A DNA stretch of 64,000 bases from Actinomycetota bacterium (GCA_035519495.1 DATIWE010000061.1:1832-65831), one strand, 5' to 3'; shown: positions 52,001-61,569, counted from the stretch's first letter. Notes: generated by a model not told the origin, from the letters alone. Program-made: numbers and translations.

Positions 52001-53746
52001 GTGGAGATACGGTTGCGGCGGTCCCCCGGGGTCGTTCTGGGAACTGCTGCGTTGGTCCCGTACGGTACGGTACGGGCACCCATGCGCTCTTCGCCGACCC
52101 GTTCACGTCCCTTGGCGCCCAGCACGAAGCGCGCGATCGCGGCGTCCGTCGCCAGCATGGCGTTCGTCGCGCTCGTCTCCGCGACGCCGAACTCGCCGTT
52201 CAATCCGATCCTGCCCGCGACCGAGCGCGCGTTCGGTCCGCTGCGGTGGATCTCGTCGCTACTCGGCCTCGGTCACCTCGACCCGGCCGGCCTCATGCTC
52301 GTCGGGCTGCTCGCGACCACGTCGGCCGCGATCGGCTTCCTGCTGATCCTCCGCGAAGCATGGAACCGGCGGATCTCGTTGAAGATGGTGGTACTGCTGG
52401 CGATCGGCTTCCACCTGCTGGTGCTGATGCTGCCGCTGCTGTTCTCCCGTGACGTCTACAGCTACGCCTACTACGGACGCATCGTCAGCACGTACGGCGG
52501 CAACCCCTACGTCCTGACGCCGCGCGACTTCCCGCTGAACTCGCTGTGGTCGCTCACGTGGCCCGGCTGGCGCGGCACGCCGTCGGTGTACGGCCCCCTG
52601 TTCACATGGATGTCCGCGGCGCTCACGGGGACCGCCAAGAGCCTCCGGAGCCTGATCACCGGCTTCCAGCTGCTCGCCGCGGTCGCGAGCCTCGGCACGA
52701 TCGCGATCGTGGCCCACACGGTCCGCAAGGTGCGGCCCGATCGTGCGACCTTCGCGGTCGCGATCATCGGGCTGAACCCGATCGTGATCTTCCACGTGGT
52801 CGGCGGCGGCCACAACGACATGCTCGTCGCCTTCTTCGTGGCCGCGGCCGTCGCGTTCCTGTTCTCCGAGCACGAGCTCCTGTCCGCGATCTCGCTCGCG
52901 CTCGGCATGTCGGTGAAGGCGAGCGCGATCGTGCCGCTCGCGTTGCTCATGGTCGCGATCATCGCGAGCGCCTCGCCGGAGCGGCGGCGGCGCGTGCTGG
53001 TCACGTACGGCGCCGTCGTCGGCGGGGTGTGGCTCGCGTTGGCGCTCCCCTTCCTCCAGGCGACGAACCCGACCCTCGGCCTGATGGAGGTCTCCGGCCA
53101 CGACTCGTGGATGGCGCCGGGCCAGCTCGTGGTTCGGGCCGCCTCCGGCCTCGGCGGCCTGCTGGGCGGCAACGCCTGGCGCGCCCCGGCCGCAACCGGC
53201 GCCCGGGTCGCGCTGTTCGGCATCTCGCTCGTCGCCGTGATCGCGATCGGCCGCCGCATCTGGCGGAGCCCCGAGGCGCGGACCCCGGTCGCGCTCACCG
53301 CCGCGTGGGGGTGGGCGTTCCTCGCGGTGATGCTGCCCTCGCCGGTCCTGTTCACCTGGTACCTCGTCTGGGCCCTCCCGCTCGCGTGGGCGCTGCCGAA
53401 GATCGCGCGCCGCGGGATGGTGATCCTCTCGGCGTTCTTCGTCGTGACGCAGCTCGTCACGGAGTCCTCGGAGCTGCCGGCGGTCCTGCGCTCGGTCAAG
53501 CTCCCGTTCGGGCACCCGATCGCGATCGCCGTGTGCCTGTGGATCGGCGCCGACCTCGTGCGCCGGTTGCGGCGCGGCACGCCGCTCGAGGCCGAGACCG
53601 GCGAGCCGCGGTTCGGCGACGACTTCGAAGCCGGGCCGACCAAGCCCGAGGAGACGGAACCCGCGCTGGAGAGCCCGACCCTCGTGCCGGTGCGGACGGG
53701 CGGCGTCGCCGCCGCGAGCCCGGCCTCGATGCTGCACTTCCGCTGA
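52001..53746 (+). CDS. Second MptA/MptB-like GT-C mannosyltransferase
   Basis: LFSRDVYSYAYYGRI, PSVYGP, NPIVI...GHND and VLFTWY motifs. RBS GGAGG before GTG 52001. Confidence 0.8.
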   Translation: MEIRLRRSPGVVLGTAALVPYGTVRAPMRSSPTRSRPLAPSTKRAIAASVASMAFVALVSATPNSPFNPILPATERAFGPLRWISSLLGLGHLDPAGLMLVGLLATTSAAIGFLLILREAWNRRISLKMVVLLAIGFHLLVLMLPLLFSRDVYSYAYYGRIVSTYGGNPYVLTPRDFPLNSLWSLTWPGWRGTPSVYGPLFTWMSAALTGTAKSLRSLITGFQLLAAVASLGTIAIVAHTVRKVRPDRATFAVAIIGLNPIVIFHVVGGGHNDMLVAFFVAAAVAFLFSEHELLSAISLALGMSVKASAIVPLALLMVAIIASASPERRRRVLVTYGAVVGGVWLALALPFLQATNPTLGLMEVSGHDSWMAPGQLVVRAASGLGGLLGGNAWRAPAATGARVALFGISLVAVIAIGRRIWRSPEARTPVALTAAWGWAFLAVMLPSPVLFTWYLVWALPLAWALPKIARRGMVILSAFFVVTQLVTESSELPAVLRSVKLPFGHPIAIAVCLWIGADLVRRLRRGTPLEAETGEPRFGDDFEAGPTKPEETEPALESPTLVPVRTGGVAAASPASMLHFR

Positions 53747-53773
53747 TCCCGGGGTGGCCCGGGAGGCGGCGGG

Positions 53774-54373
53774 ATGACGAGGACCGGGGCACGCACCGCA
53801 CTGATCGCGTGCGGCGCCGTCGCGCAGGACACGGCGACGCTGGTGCGGATGCACGGGTGGGACGCCGACGTGCACGGGATCTCCTCGGAGCTGCACATGA
53901 CGCCGCGGGACATCGGGCCCGCCGTCGAGGAGAAGCTGCAGGCGCTGCTGCCCGACTACGAGCGCGTGGTCGTCGTCTACGGCGACTGCGGCACGGGCGG
54001 CCGCCTCGACGAGGTGCTCGCTCGGTACCCGGCGGTGCGGCCGGCGGGCGCGCACTGCTTCGAGTGGTACGCAGGGGAGCTCTTCCGGCGGTTCGCCGAG
54101 GAGCCCGGGATCTACTTCCTGACGGACTGGCTCGTCCAGAACTGGGAGCGCGCCGTGATCAAGGGCCTCGGCATCGACCGCTACCCGTGGATGGCCGAGC
54201 GGTACTTCGGGAACCTCGAACGTGTGCTCTTCGTCCGCCAGCACCCGGACGCGGAGCGAGAGGAGAAGGCCCGCGCGATCGCCGCCTTCATGGGCAAGCC
54301 CCTCGAGATCCACGATCTGGGCATCCGCCCGCTCGAGGAGCTGCTCACGCCCCTGATGGAGGGAGCCGACTAG
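53774..54373 (+). CDS. DUF1638 domain protein
   Basis: IACGA, ELH..P, VYGDCGTGG, HC and YFLTDW motifs. Confidence 0.85.
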   Translation: MTRTGARTALIACGAVAQDTATLVRMHGWDADVHGISSELHMTPRDIGPAVEEKLQALLPDYERVVVVYGDCGTGGRLDEVLARYPAVRPAGAHCFEWYAGELFRRFAEEPGIYFLTDWLVQNWERAVIKGLGIDRYPWMAERYFGNLERVLFVRQHPDAEREEKARAIAAFMGKPLEIHDLGIRPLEELLTPLMEGAD

Positions 54374-55413
54374 GTCGCGGCCGCCGCGAGGGCGAGCTGG
54401 CCACACGCGGCATCGATCTCCCGCCCGCGCGTGTCGCGCACCGTCACGTTCACGCCGTTCGCCTCGAGCGCCGCGACGAAGCGGCGGATCCGGGCCGGCG
54501 GAGAGCCCACCACCGGGTAGCCCGGGGTCGGGTTCAGCGGGATCAGGTTGACGTGCGCGTGGAGGCGGCGCGCGATCGGCGCCAGGAGCGCGGCCTGCTC
54601 CTCCATGTCGTTCACGCGGTCGATCAGGGCCCACTCGATCGAGGGACGGCGACGGGTGGCCGTCCGCCACTCCTCGATCGCTCGTTCGAGCTCGGCGAGC
54701 GGCCAGCGGTCGTTCGGCGGCACCAGCTCCGAGCGGAGCTCGTCGGATGCGGCGTGGAAGCTGACCGCGAGCCCGACCTGGGGATGTGCGCTCGCGAGCC
54801 GCCGGATGCCCGGCGCAAGCCCGACCGTTGAAAGGGTGACGTGGCGGGCGCCCAGCCCGAAGGCGCCGGGGGCGGTGAGCGTCCCGAGCGCGGTGAACAC
54901 GTGCCGCTCGTTCGCGAGCGGCTCTCCCATCCCCATGAACACGATGTTCGTCAGCCGTCGCGGCGTGGTCTCGGGAAGGTTCGCGGCCTCGCGCCGCGCC
55001 CACACGGTCTGCGCCGCGATCTCGCCGGCGGTCAGGTTGTTCTTCAGGCCCATCTGGCCCGTCGCGCAGAAGGTGCACCCCATCGCACAGCCCGCCTGTG
55101 ACGACACGCAGACGGTCACGCGATCCGGATAGCCCATCAGCACGGCCTCGACCACGTGCGCGCCGCCGAGGCGGAGCAACACCTTCCGCGTCGCGCCGCG
55201 ATCGGCCATGCGCTCGTCGAGGACCTCGACGCCGAGCGGCAGGTCGGCCGCGAGCCGTTCCCGCAACGCCGGCGACAGGTCGGACATCGCGTCGTACGTC
55301 GCCGCTCGCTTCCACAGCTGGTTCCAGAGCTGTTTCGCGCGGAAGGCCGGCTCGCCCCACGCGACGAGCCGGTCGGTGAGCTGCTCGAGGGTCAGGTCGT
55401 AGACGGTCGGCAC
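54370..55413 (-). CDS. rlmN: 23S rRNA/tRNA adenine C2-methyltransferase (radical SAM)
   Basis: SSQAGCAMGCTFC, FMGMGEP, VNLIPLN and IDAACGQL motifs. Leaderless GTG 55413. Confidence 0.95.
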   Translation of the reverse strand: MPTVYDLTLEQLTDRLVAWGEPAFRAKQLWNQLWKRAATYDAMSDLSPALRERLAADLPLGVEVLDERMADRGATRKVLLRLGGAHVVEAVLMGYPDRVTVCVSSQAGCAMGCTFCATGQMGLKNNLTAGEIAAQTVWARREAANLPETTPRRLTNIVFMGMGEPLANERHVFTALGTLTAPGAFGLGARHVTLSTVGLAPGIRRLASAHPQVGLAVSFHAASDELRSELVPPNDRWPLAELERAIEEWRTATRRRPSIEWALIDRVNDMEEQAALLAPIARRLHAHVNLIPLNPTPGYPVVGSPPARIRRFVAALEANGVNVTVRDTRGREIDAACGQLALAAAAT

Positions 55414-55420
55414 GAGCTCG

Positions 55421-55430
55421 AGCGTACGCT
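55421..55430. promoter_or_regulatory. Palindromic bidirectional -10 element
   Basis: AGCGTACGCT gives TACGCT on both strands, 7 nt from the rlmN GTG and 9 nt from the alkA-like ATG. Confidence 0.7.
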
Positions 55431-55439
55431 GGGCGTGCG

Positions 55440-56318
55440 ATGGCGACCGCCACGATCCGCCTCCAGCACCCGGTGGATCTGCGACGCACCGTGTTCCCGC
55501 TGGTCCGGGGCGACGGCGATCCCACAACCCGCATCGACGGCCCGGCGGTGTGGCGCGCGATCCGCACCCCCGACGGCGCCGCGACGCTCCGGCTCACGCA
55601 GACCGCGACGTCGGTGGTCGAAGCAGAAGCCTGGGGTCCGGGCGCGGATCACGCGATCGAGGTCGCGGCGCCCGGCTTGGCCGGCGCGCTCGATCATCCC
55701 GACGCGTTCATGGAGCCGGTGCACCCCGCCGTGGCCACGGCCTGGCGTGAGCATCGCAACGTCCTGCTCACGCGCGCCGAGCCCTTCCCGGTGCTGATCG
55801 CCGCCATCCTGGAGCAGAAGGTGACCGGCATCGAAGCACGCCGGGCCTGGAGGGAGATCGTGCCGCGAACGTCCGACGCGGCGCCCGGCGACGTGGGCCT
55901 GTTCCTCCCTCCGGACCCCGAGCGCCTGGCCGCGATCCCCGGCTGGGAGCTGACCCGGCTCGGCGTCACCGGCCGGCGCGCCGAGACCCTCCGCGAAACA
56001 GCGCGTCACCCGAAGAAGATCGCCGCACTGACGGACGCGTCGTGGCTCGCGAAGCTCCCCGGCGTCGGCCCGTGGACGCTCGGCGAGGTCGGGCGGATCG
56101 CGTTCGGCGACCCCGACGCGATCTCGGTCGGCGACGCGCACCTTCCGAACATCGTGTGCTGGGCGCTCGCCGGGGAGCCGCGGGGCACCGACGAACGGAT
56201 GCTCGAGTTGGTGGAGCCGTACCGCGGTCAGCGCGGCCGCGTCGAGGTGCTGCTCGAGGTCTCCGGCATCACGCCGCCGGCGTTCGGCCCGAAGGTCGAG
56301 CCGCGCTCGTTCGTCTGA
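55440..56318 (+). CDS. DNA-3-methyladenine glycosylase 2 family (AlkA-like, HhH-GPD)
   Basis: AILEQKVT, HhH motif LPGVGPWT, VGDAHL, YRGQRGR. Confidence 0.85.
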   Translation: MATATIRLQHPVDLRRTVFPLVRGDGDPTTRIDGPAVWRAIRTPDGAATLRLTQTATSVVEAEAWGPGADHAIEVAAPGLAGALDHPDAFMEPVHPAVATAWREHRNVLLTRAEPFPVLIAAILEQKVTGIEARRAWREIVPRTSDAAPGDVGLFLPPDPERLAAIPGWELTRLGVTGRRAETLRETARHPKKIAALTDASWLAKLPGVGPWTLGEVGRIAFGDPDAISVGDAHLPNIVCWALAGEPRGTDERMLELVEPYRGQRGRVEVLLEVSGITPPAFGPKVEPRSFV

Positions 56319-56325
56319 TCGACGC

Positions 56326-59300
56326 TCAGCCGGCGCGTTCCAACACGTCGGCGACCGGCCGAGCGACGAGGTAGCCCGCCGCACGCTCCGGCGTAAGCGA
56401 GCCCGCGATCTCGTGGATCATGCCGACGGCCTCCTGGAGGGTGCGGTCCGATGCTGCCGCCCGATCCGGGACGCCCCGTTCGGCGTCGGCGAGCGCGGCG
56501 CGCGCCTGCCACCGGTACAGGGGCGAGCCGAGCGCGTCGGCCAGCACCACGGCTTCATCCAGCTGCGACACCGCGTCGGCGAACAACCCATCCGCCGTGA
56601 GCGTGCGGCCGAGCGTGATGATCGAGACCACCTCGTACTTCTTCCGCCCGACGGGGCGAGCGAGCTCGAGTGCGCGCCCCGACCACGTCACGGCGTCGTC
56701 GAGCCGGCCGCGCACGCGCTCCAGCTCCGCGCGAACGACCGCGAGCCGCCCGGTGATCAGCCAGTGCTCCCAGGCGGGACTCGCGATCGCGTCGTCCCAT
56801 GCCGCCGGCCAGTCCCGCTCGACCGCGCCCACGTCGTCGGCCAACAGTTGGGTGCTGATCAGATCGGCTCGGGCGTTCATCCATGGCATGTTGAAGTCGC
56901 TCGGTCCGAGTCGCTCAACCATCCGCTCGCTGCGTCGTCGTGCCTCCTCCAGCGCGTAGACGTCCCGCAGCGGGGCCGTGGAGTCGTTCGTCACGCGGAT
57001 GTCCCACGCGCCGAGCCGGTGGGCGGTCGCGATCGCCTCCTCGCCGCGAGCGATCGCCTCCTCGTAGCGCCCGAGCCCGGCCAGGTTGAGCCCGATCTGT
57101 CCGAAGCTCCCGATCACGTACTCCGCGCTGTTCGGACCGAGGCCGCGGATCTCCGATCCCTCCCGGGCGAGCTCGAGCCCCCGCTCGTAGCCGCCCATCC
57201 AATAGTTGACGGCGATGTGCAGGTGGTAGTGGTGGGACAGCTCGTAGGCGCGAGCGTCCGCCGGCCATCCGGCGAGGGCTCGATCGCCGATCTCGACCGC
57301 ACGGGCCAGGTCCCCGGCGTCCCCGCGCATCGAGTGCGCCGCGCTCAGCACGGCGAGCGCGCGCCCCTCGAGCTCGGGCGCCTCCGCCGCCGCCAGCTTC
57401 ACGGCTCGCCGCGCCCACATGAACATCTCCTGCGTGTTCTCGGTCCCGCTCATCGCGTGTCCGCATGCGATCAGCGCCTCGACCTCCTGGGCGCCGTGGA
57501 GCTCGGGCAGCAGCGCCGTGAGTTCATCAACCCCTCGACCCGTCTCCCACAGGTCCACGAGCGCGACCCCGCGCTCGAGGCGGATCGCGCGCCGTTGATC
57601 GTCGGAGCTGGCGAGCTCGAGCGCCTGGGTGTAGAGGTCCCATGTCTCCTCGGCCGCCATCGCGTCGCGAGCCCGCTCAGCGGCTACCAGGGAGTACCGA
57701 ACCGCGCGCTCGGGCTCCCCCGCCTCTCGACAGTGGTACGCCAAGATCCAGGCGACCTCGTCTGGGTCGTCGGCGCTCCGCTCGATGGCGTCGGCCGTCG
57801 CGGCGTGCAGCACACGCCGGGTACTCCGAGGCAGCATCTCGTAGGCGGCGTCCCGCACGAGCACGTGCTTGAAGAGGTATTCGACGTCGCCGGAGACCCT
57901 GCTCCGGTCCTGACGGCGCACGAGCCCGGTAGCCGTGAGGACGTCCAGCGCCCCGTCGACGTCGGCGAGTCCGGCGGTGGAGGCGACCACGCCACGCCAG
58001 AACGCCTGGCCCATGACGGAAGCGTGCAGCAACGCCGTCCGAGCGTCCGCCGGCAGCGCGTCGATCCTCGCGGCGGTCGCTGCGCGGATCGTCGGGGGAA
58101 GCACGCCGTGATCGGGATCGGCTACGGCCGCGAGCTCCTCGAGGAACAGCGGGTTACCCTCAGCGGTCCCGACGACCCGCTCGATCATCGTCCGACGATC
58201 CGGCGTTACCAGGCCGGCCGCCATCTCCGTGGCTTCCTCCACGGTCAGCGGCTCCAGCGACAGCGTGATCGGCGCCGTCGCGTCGACCCCCCACGTACTC
58301 CTTCGCTGGAGCAGTTCGGGACGAGCGAGCGCGAGGAACAGCACCGGACGGTCGTCCACGTGGCCGGCCAGATAGTCCACGAGATCGAGCAACGGCTCGT
58401 CGCCCCAATACACGTCCTCGAAGACGAGCACCAGAGGGGTCCGTGCGGCGAGCTCTTCGACGACGCGGCGCGCGGCGTACTGGAGATGGACGGGGTCTTC
58501 GGTCGGGTCGTCGAGCCCCAGCCCCATCAGCAACGAGAGATGCCTCGTCGTGTCGGTGGCCTCGTCGGCCAGGTGCAGGTCGGCGATCAGGCCCGCGAGC
58601 TTGCTCCGCGCCTGGGCGGGAGGATCGTCCTCGAAGATCCCAGCCGCCCGTCCCACCATCTCCGAGACGGCGCGGTACGGCGTCTGCTCCGCGTACGGGA
58701 GGCTGCGGCCCCACAGGACCCGCGCCCCGCTGCGCTCGAGCTCGTCGGTCACCACGCGGGCCAGACGCGACTTCCCGATGCCCGGCGGGCCGAGCAGCGT
58801 GATCAGGCGCGGCTCGTTCGTCGCGGCGACCTGGTCCCACAGCTCACGGATCGCCTGTAGCTCCGCCCGCCGCCCGACGAGCGGTGTCGCAGACGGCGGT
58901 CGGAACGCGGGCTCGAAGACGGCGCTCCCGACGAGCCACGCCGCGACCGGCTCGCGTTTCCCTTTCGCGTCGATGGGATCCAGCGGCTCGAACGTGAAGA
59001 CGTCCTTCGTGAACCCATGGGTCTCCTTGCCCACGACGACACGGCCGGGCGGCGCGGCCGACTGGAGGCGGGCCGCGGTGTTCACGATGTCGCCGGTCGC
59101 GAGCGGCTCCACCGGCCCCGCGTCGAGCGTGACGAGCGCTTCGCCGGTGCAGACCGCCGCGCGGACCTGGAGTCCGAGCCCGGGGTGCGTCCGGTTCAGC
59201 TCCTCGACCCCCTCGAGCGAGTCCAACGCCGCTCGCACGGCCCGCTCCGCATCGTCGTCCCGCGCCAGCGGCGCGCCGAACACTGCCATCACGGCATCGC

Positions 59301-59553
59301 CGATGAACTTCTCCACGACACCGCCGAACCGCTCGATCCGTTCGCGGAGCTCGTGCAGGTACAGCCGGTTCAGCTCGCGGACGTCTTCGGGGTCGGCGCC
59401 GTCGGCCCGTGCGGTCGACCCGACCATGTCGATGAACAGGACCGACACGACCTTGCGCTCCTCACGGCTGCCGCGAGCGCCAAGGTCAACGCCGCACGAC
59501 GGGCAGAACCGCGCGCCGGACGGAGCGTCCGATCCGCAGCGAGGACACGGCAC
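56326..59553 (-). CDS. Zn-ribbon + class III adenylate/guanylate cyclase + STAND AAA ATPase + TPR protein
   Basis: CPRC...FCPSC, LFIDMVGST, EKFIGDAVMAVFG, GDIVNTAARLQ, Walker A GPPGIGKS, GNPLFLEEL. Leaderless GTG 59553. Confidence 0.92.
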   Translation of the reverse strand: MPCPRCGSDAPSGARFCPSCGVDLGARGSREERKVVSVLFIDMVGSTARADGADPEDVRELNRLYLHELRERIERFGGVVEKFIGDAVMAVFGAPLARDDDAERAVRAALDSLEGVEELNRTHPGLGLQVRAAVCTGEALVTLDAGPVEPLATGDIVNTAARLQSAAPPGRVVVGKETHGFTKDVFTFEPLDPIDAKGKREPVAAWLVGSAVFEPAFRPPSATPLVGRRAELQAIRELWDQVAATNEPRLITLLGPPGIGKSRLARVVTDELERSGARVLWGRSLPYAEQTPYRAVSEMVGRAAGIFEDDPPAQARSKLAGLIADLHLADEATDTTRHLSLLMGLGLDDPTEDPVHLQYAARRVVEELAARTPLVLVFEDVYWGDEPLLDLVDYLAGHVDDRPVLFLALARPELLQRRSTWGVDATAPITLSLEPLTVEEATEMAAGLVTPDRRTMIERVVGTAEGNPLFLEELAAVADPDHGVLPPTIRAATAARIDALPADARTALLHASVMGQAFWRGVVASTAGLADVDGALDVLTATGLVRRQDRSRVSGDVEYLFKHVLVRDAAYEMLPRSTRRVLHAATADAIERSADDPDEVAWILAYHCREAGEPERAVRYSLVAAERARDAMAAEETWDLYTQALELASSDDQRRAIRLERGVALVDLWETGRGVDELTALLPELHGAQEVEALIACGHAMSGTENTQEMFMWARRAVKLAAAEAPELEGRALAVLSAAHSMRGDAGDLARAVEIGDRALAGWPADARAYELSHHYHLHIAVNYWMGGYERGLELAREGSEIRGLGPNSAEYVIGSFGQIGLNLAGLGRYEEAIARGEEAIATAHRLGAWDIRVTNDSTAPLRDVYALEEARRRSERMVERLGPSDFNMPWMNARADLISTQLLADDVGAVERDWPAAWDDAIASPAWEHWLITGRLAVVRAELERVRGRLDDAVTWSGRALELARPVGRKKYEVVSIITLGRTLTADGLFADAVSQLDEAVVLADALGSPLYRWQARAALADAERGVPDRAAASDRTLQEAVGMIHEIAGSLTPERAAGYLVARPVADVLERAG

Positions 59554-59623
59554 GCGTTCATGGTAGGCACGGGCGGGCACGCGGCGCCACCCGCGAGGGT
59601 CACGCCCAACTATCATCCGCCGC

Positions 59624-60184
59624 ATGCCGGGCCGGGTGATGGATCGTGACGAGGCCCACGCGTTCGCCCGCGAGCGGTGCCTGAAGGAGACGACGTTCCG
59701 GCACCTCGTCTCGGTCGAGGGGGTGATGCGCGCACTCGCGCGGCACTTCGACGAGGAGCAGGACCTGTGGGGCCTCACCGGCCTGTTCCACGACCTGGAT
59801 CAGGACCACACCGGCGACGACGGGGCGCAGCACGCGAGGCTCGCCGCCGAGTGGCTCGCGGAGGCCGACGTCGACGACCGCGTGATCAACGGGGTGCTCG
59901 CGCACGCGTACGCGGAGTACCGGACCGATCGGATGTCGCGGGCGGTGGTGCACGCCGACGCCGTGGCCGGGCTGTTGGTCGCATCCGCGCTCGTTCGGCC
60001 CGAGAAGGCGACCGGCATGAAGGTCTCGAGCGTGAAGAAGAAGCTCAAGGAGAAGGCGTTCGCGCCCGGCGTCAACCGCGACGAGGTCACCGACGTCGAG
60101 GAGCGGATCGGCCTGCCGCTCGACGAGTTCCTCGCTGTGTCGATCGAGGGACTGCAGGACGTCGCCCCCGAGATCGACCTCTGA
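59624..60184 (+). CDS. HD-domain metal-dependent hydrolase (COG2316-like)
   Basis: H...FHDLD...H...LAH...D and KKKLKEKAFAPGVNRD motifs. Confidence 0.85.
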   Translation: MPGRVMDRDEAHAFARERCLKETTFRHLVSVEGVMRALARHFDEEQDLWGLTGLFHDLDQDHTGDDGAQHARLAAEWLAEADVDDRVINGVLAHAYAEYRTDRMSRAVVHADAVAGLLVASALVRPEKATGMKVSSVKKKLKEKAFAPGVNRDEVTDVEERIGLPLDEFLAVSIEGLQDVAPEIDL

Positions 60185-60192
60185 GAGCGACC

Positions 60193-61569
60193 GTGAACGG
60201 GTTCCGGACGATCATCGAGCCGTTCCGGATCCACTCGGTGGAGCCGCTCCGGTTCCTCACCGAGGACGAGCGCCGGTCGAAGATCCGCGAGGCCGGCTAC
60301 AACCTGTTCAACGTGCACGCCGACGACGTGCTGATCGACCTGCTGACCGACTCGGGCACCGGCGCGATGAGCCGCGACCAGTGGGCCGCGATCCAGCACG
60401 GCGACGAGAGCTACGCGGGCTCGCCGTCGTGGTTCGTGTTCCTGAAGGCCGTGCAGGAGCTGTTCCCGTTCCCACACGTGATCCCGACGCATCAGGGACG
60501 CGCCGCGGAGAAGATCCTGTTCTCGGCGATCGCCGGGGCCGGCACGGTGGTGCCGAACAACACCCACTTCGACACGACGCGGGCCAACGTCGAGTCGACC
60601 GGCGCCGAGGCCGTCGACCTCGTGATCCCCGAGGGACGCGACCCGGCCGCGCTGCACCCGTTCAAGGGCAACATGGATCTCGCCGCGCTCGAGCGACTGC
60701 TGGCCGAGCGCGGCGCCGACGTGCCGGTCGTGGTGGTCACGATCACGAACAACTCCGGCGGCGGCCAGCCCGTCTCACTGGAGAACCTCCGCGGGGTCCG
60801 CGCGCTGTGCGACCGCTCCGGCGTGCCGTTGTTCCTCGACGCGTGCCGCTTCGCCGAGAACGCGTGGTTCGTGAAGACGCGCGAGCCGGGCTATGCGGAC
60901 GCCGCGGTGCCCGACATCGTGCGCGAGATGGCGTCGCTGGCCGACGGCATGACGATGTCCGCGAAGAAGGATCCGATGGCGAACATCGGCGGCTGGCTCG
61001 CGATGCGCGACGCCGCCTGGGCCGAGCGCTGCCGGAACCTGCTGATCCTGACCGAAGGGTTCCCGACGTATGGCGGGCTCGCCGGCCGCGACCTCGAGGC
61101 GATCGCGCAGGGACTGCGCGAATGCGTCGACGAGCAGTACCTCCGCTACCGGATCCGTTCGACCGAATACCTGGCCGATGCCCTCGTCGACGCCGGCGTG
61201 CCGATCGTGCGGCCGGCGGGCGGTCACGCGGTGTACGTGGACGCCCGCGCGCTGCTGCCGCACGTGCCGCCGCTCGCGTACCCGGGCCAGACGCTCGCGG
61301 TCGCGCTGTACGAGGCCGGCGGGATCCGCAGCTGCGAGATCGGCACGGTGATGTTCGGCATGAAGCCGGACGGTCGCGAGGAGCCTGCCGCGACCGACCT
61401 GGTCCGCCTGGCGATCCCGCGCCGGACGTACACGCAGAGCCACATCGACTACGTGATCGAGGTGGTCACCTCCGTGGCGGCGCGCGCCGCCGATCTCCCC
61501 GGGTACCGGATCGTGGAGCAGGCGCCGCAGCTCCGGCACTTCACCGCCCGGTTCGAGCCCCTGGCCTGA
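60193..61569 (+). CDS. tnaA: Tryptophanase
   Basis: EPFRI, DLLTDSGT, THQGR, SAKKD (PLP Lys). NTHFDTT and LRHFTARF carry the Asp and His found in tryptophanase where tyrosine phenol-lyase has Thr and Phe. Confidence 0.88.
   Translation: MNGFRTIIEPFRIHSVEPLRFLTEDERRSKIREAGYNLFNVHADDVLIDLLTDSGTGAMSRDQWAAIQHGDESYAGSPSWFVFLKAVQELFPFPHVIPTHQGRAAEKILFSAIAGAGTVVPNNTHFDTTRANVESTGAEAVDLVIPEGRDPAALHPFKGNMDLAALERLLAERGADVPVVVVTITNNSGGGQPVSLENLRGVRALCDRSGVPLFLDACRFAENAWFVKTREPGYADAAVPDIVREMASLADGMTMSAKKDPMANIGGWLAMRDAAWAERCRNLLILTEGFPTYGGLAGRDLEAIAQGLRECVDEQYLRYRIRSTEYLADALVDAGVPIVRPAGGHAVYVDARALLPHVPPLAYPGQTLAVALYEAGGIRSCEIGTVMFGMKPDGREEPAATDLVRLAIPRRTYTQSHIDYVIEVVTSVAARAADLPGYRIVEQAPQLRHFTARFEPLA

Noticed and set aside
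52058-52077. TACGG x3 tandem repeat as a phase-variation tract
   Set aside because: Only three units, too short to support slippage. It would matter only if reads show unit-number variation.
60193-61569. Tyrosine phenol-lyase call
   Set aside because: The diagnostic positions read FDTT and LRHF (tryptophanase type), not FTTT and LRFF.
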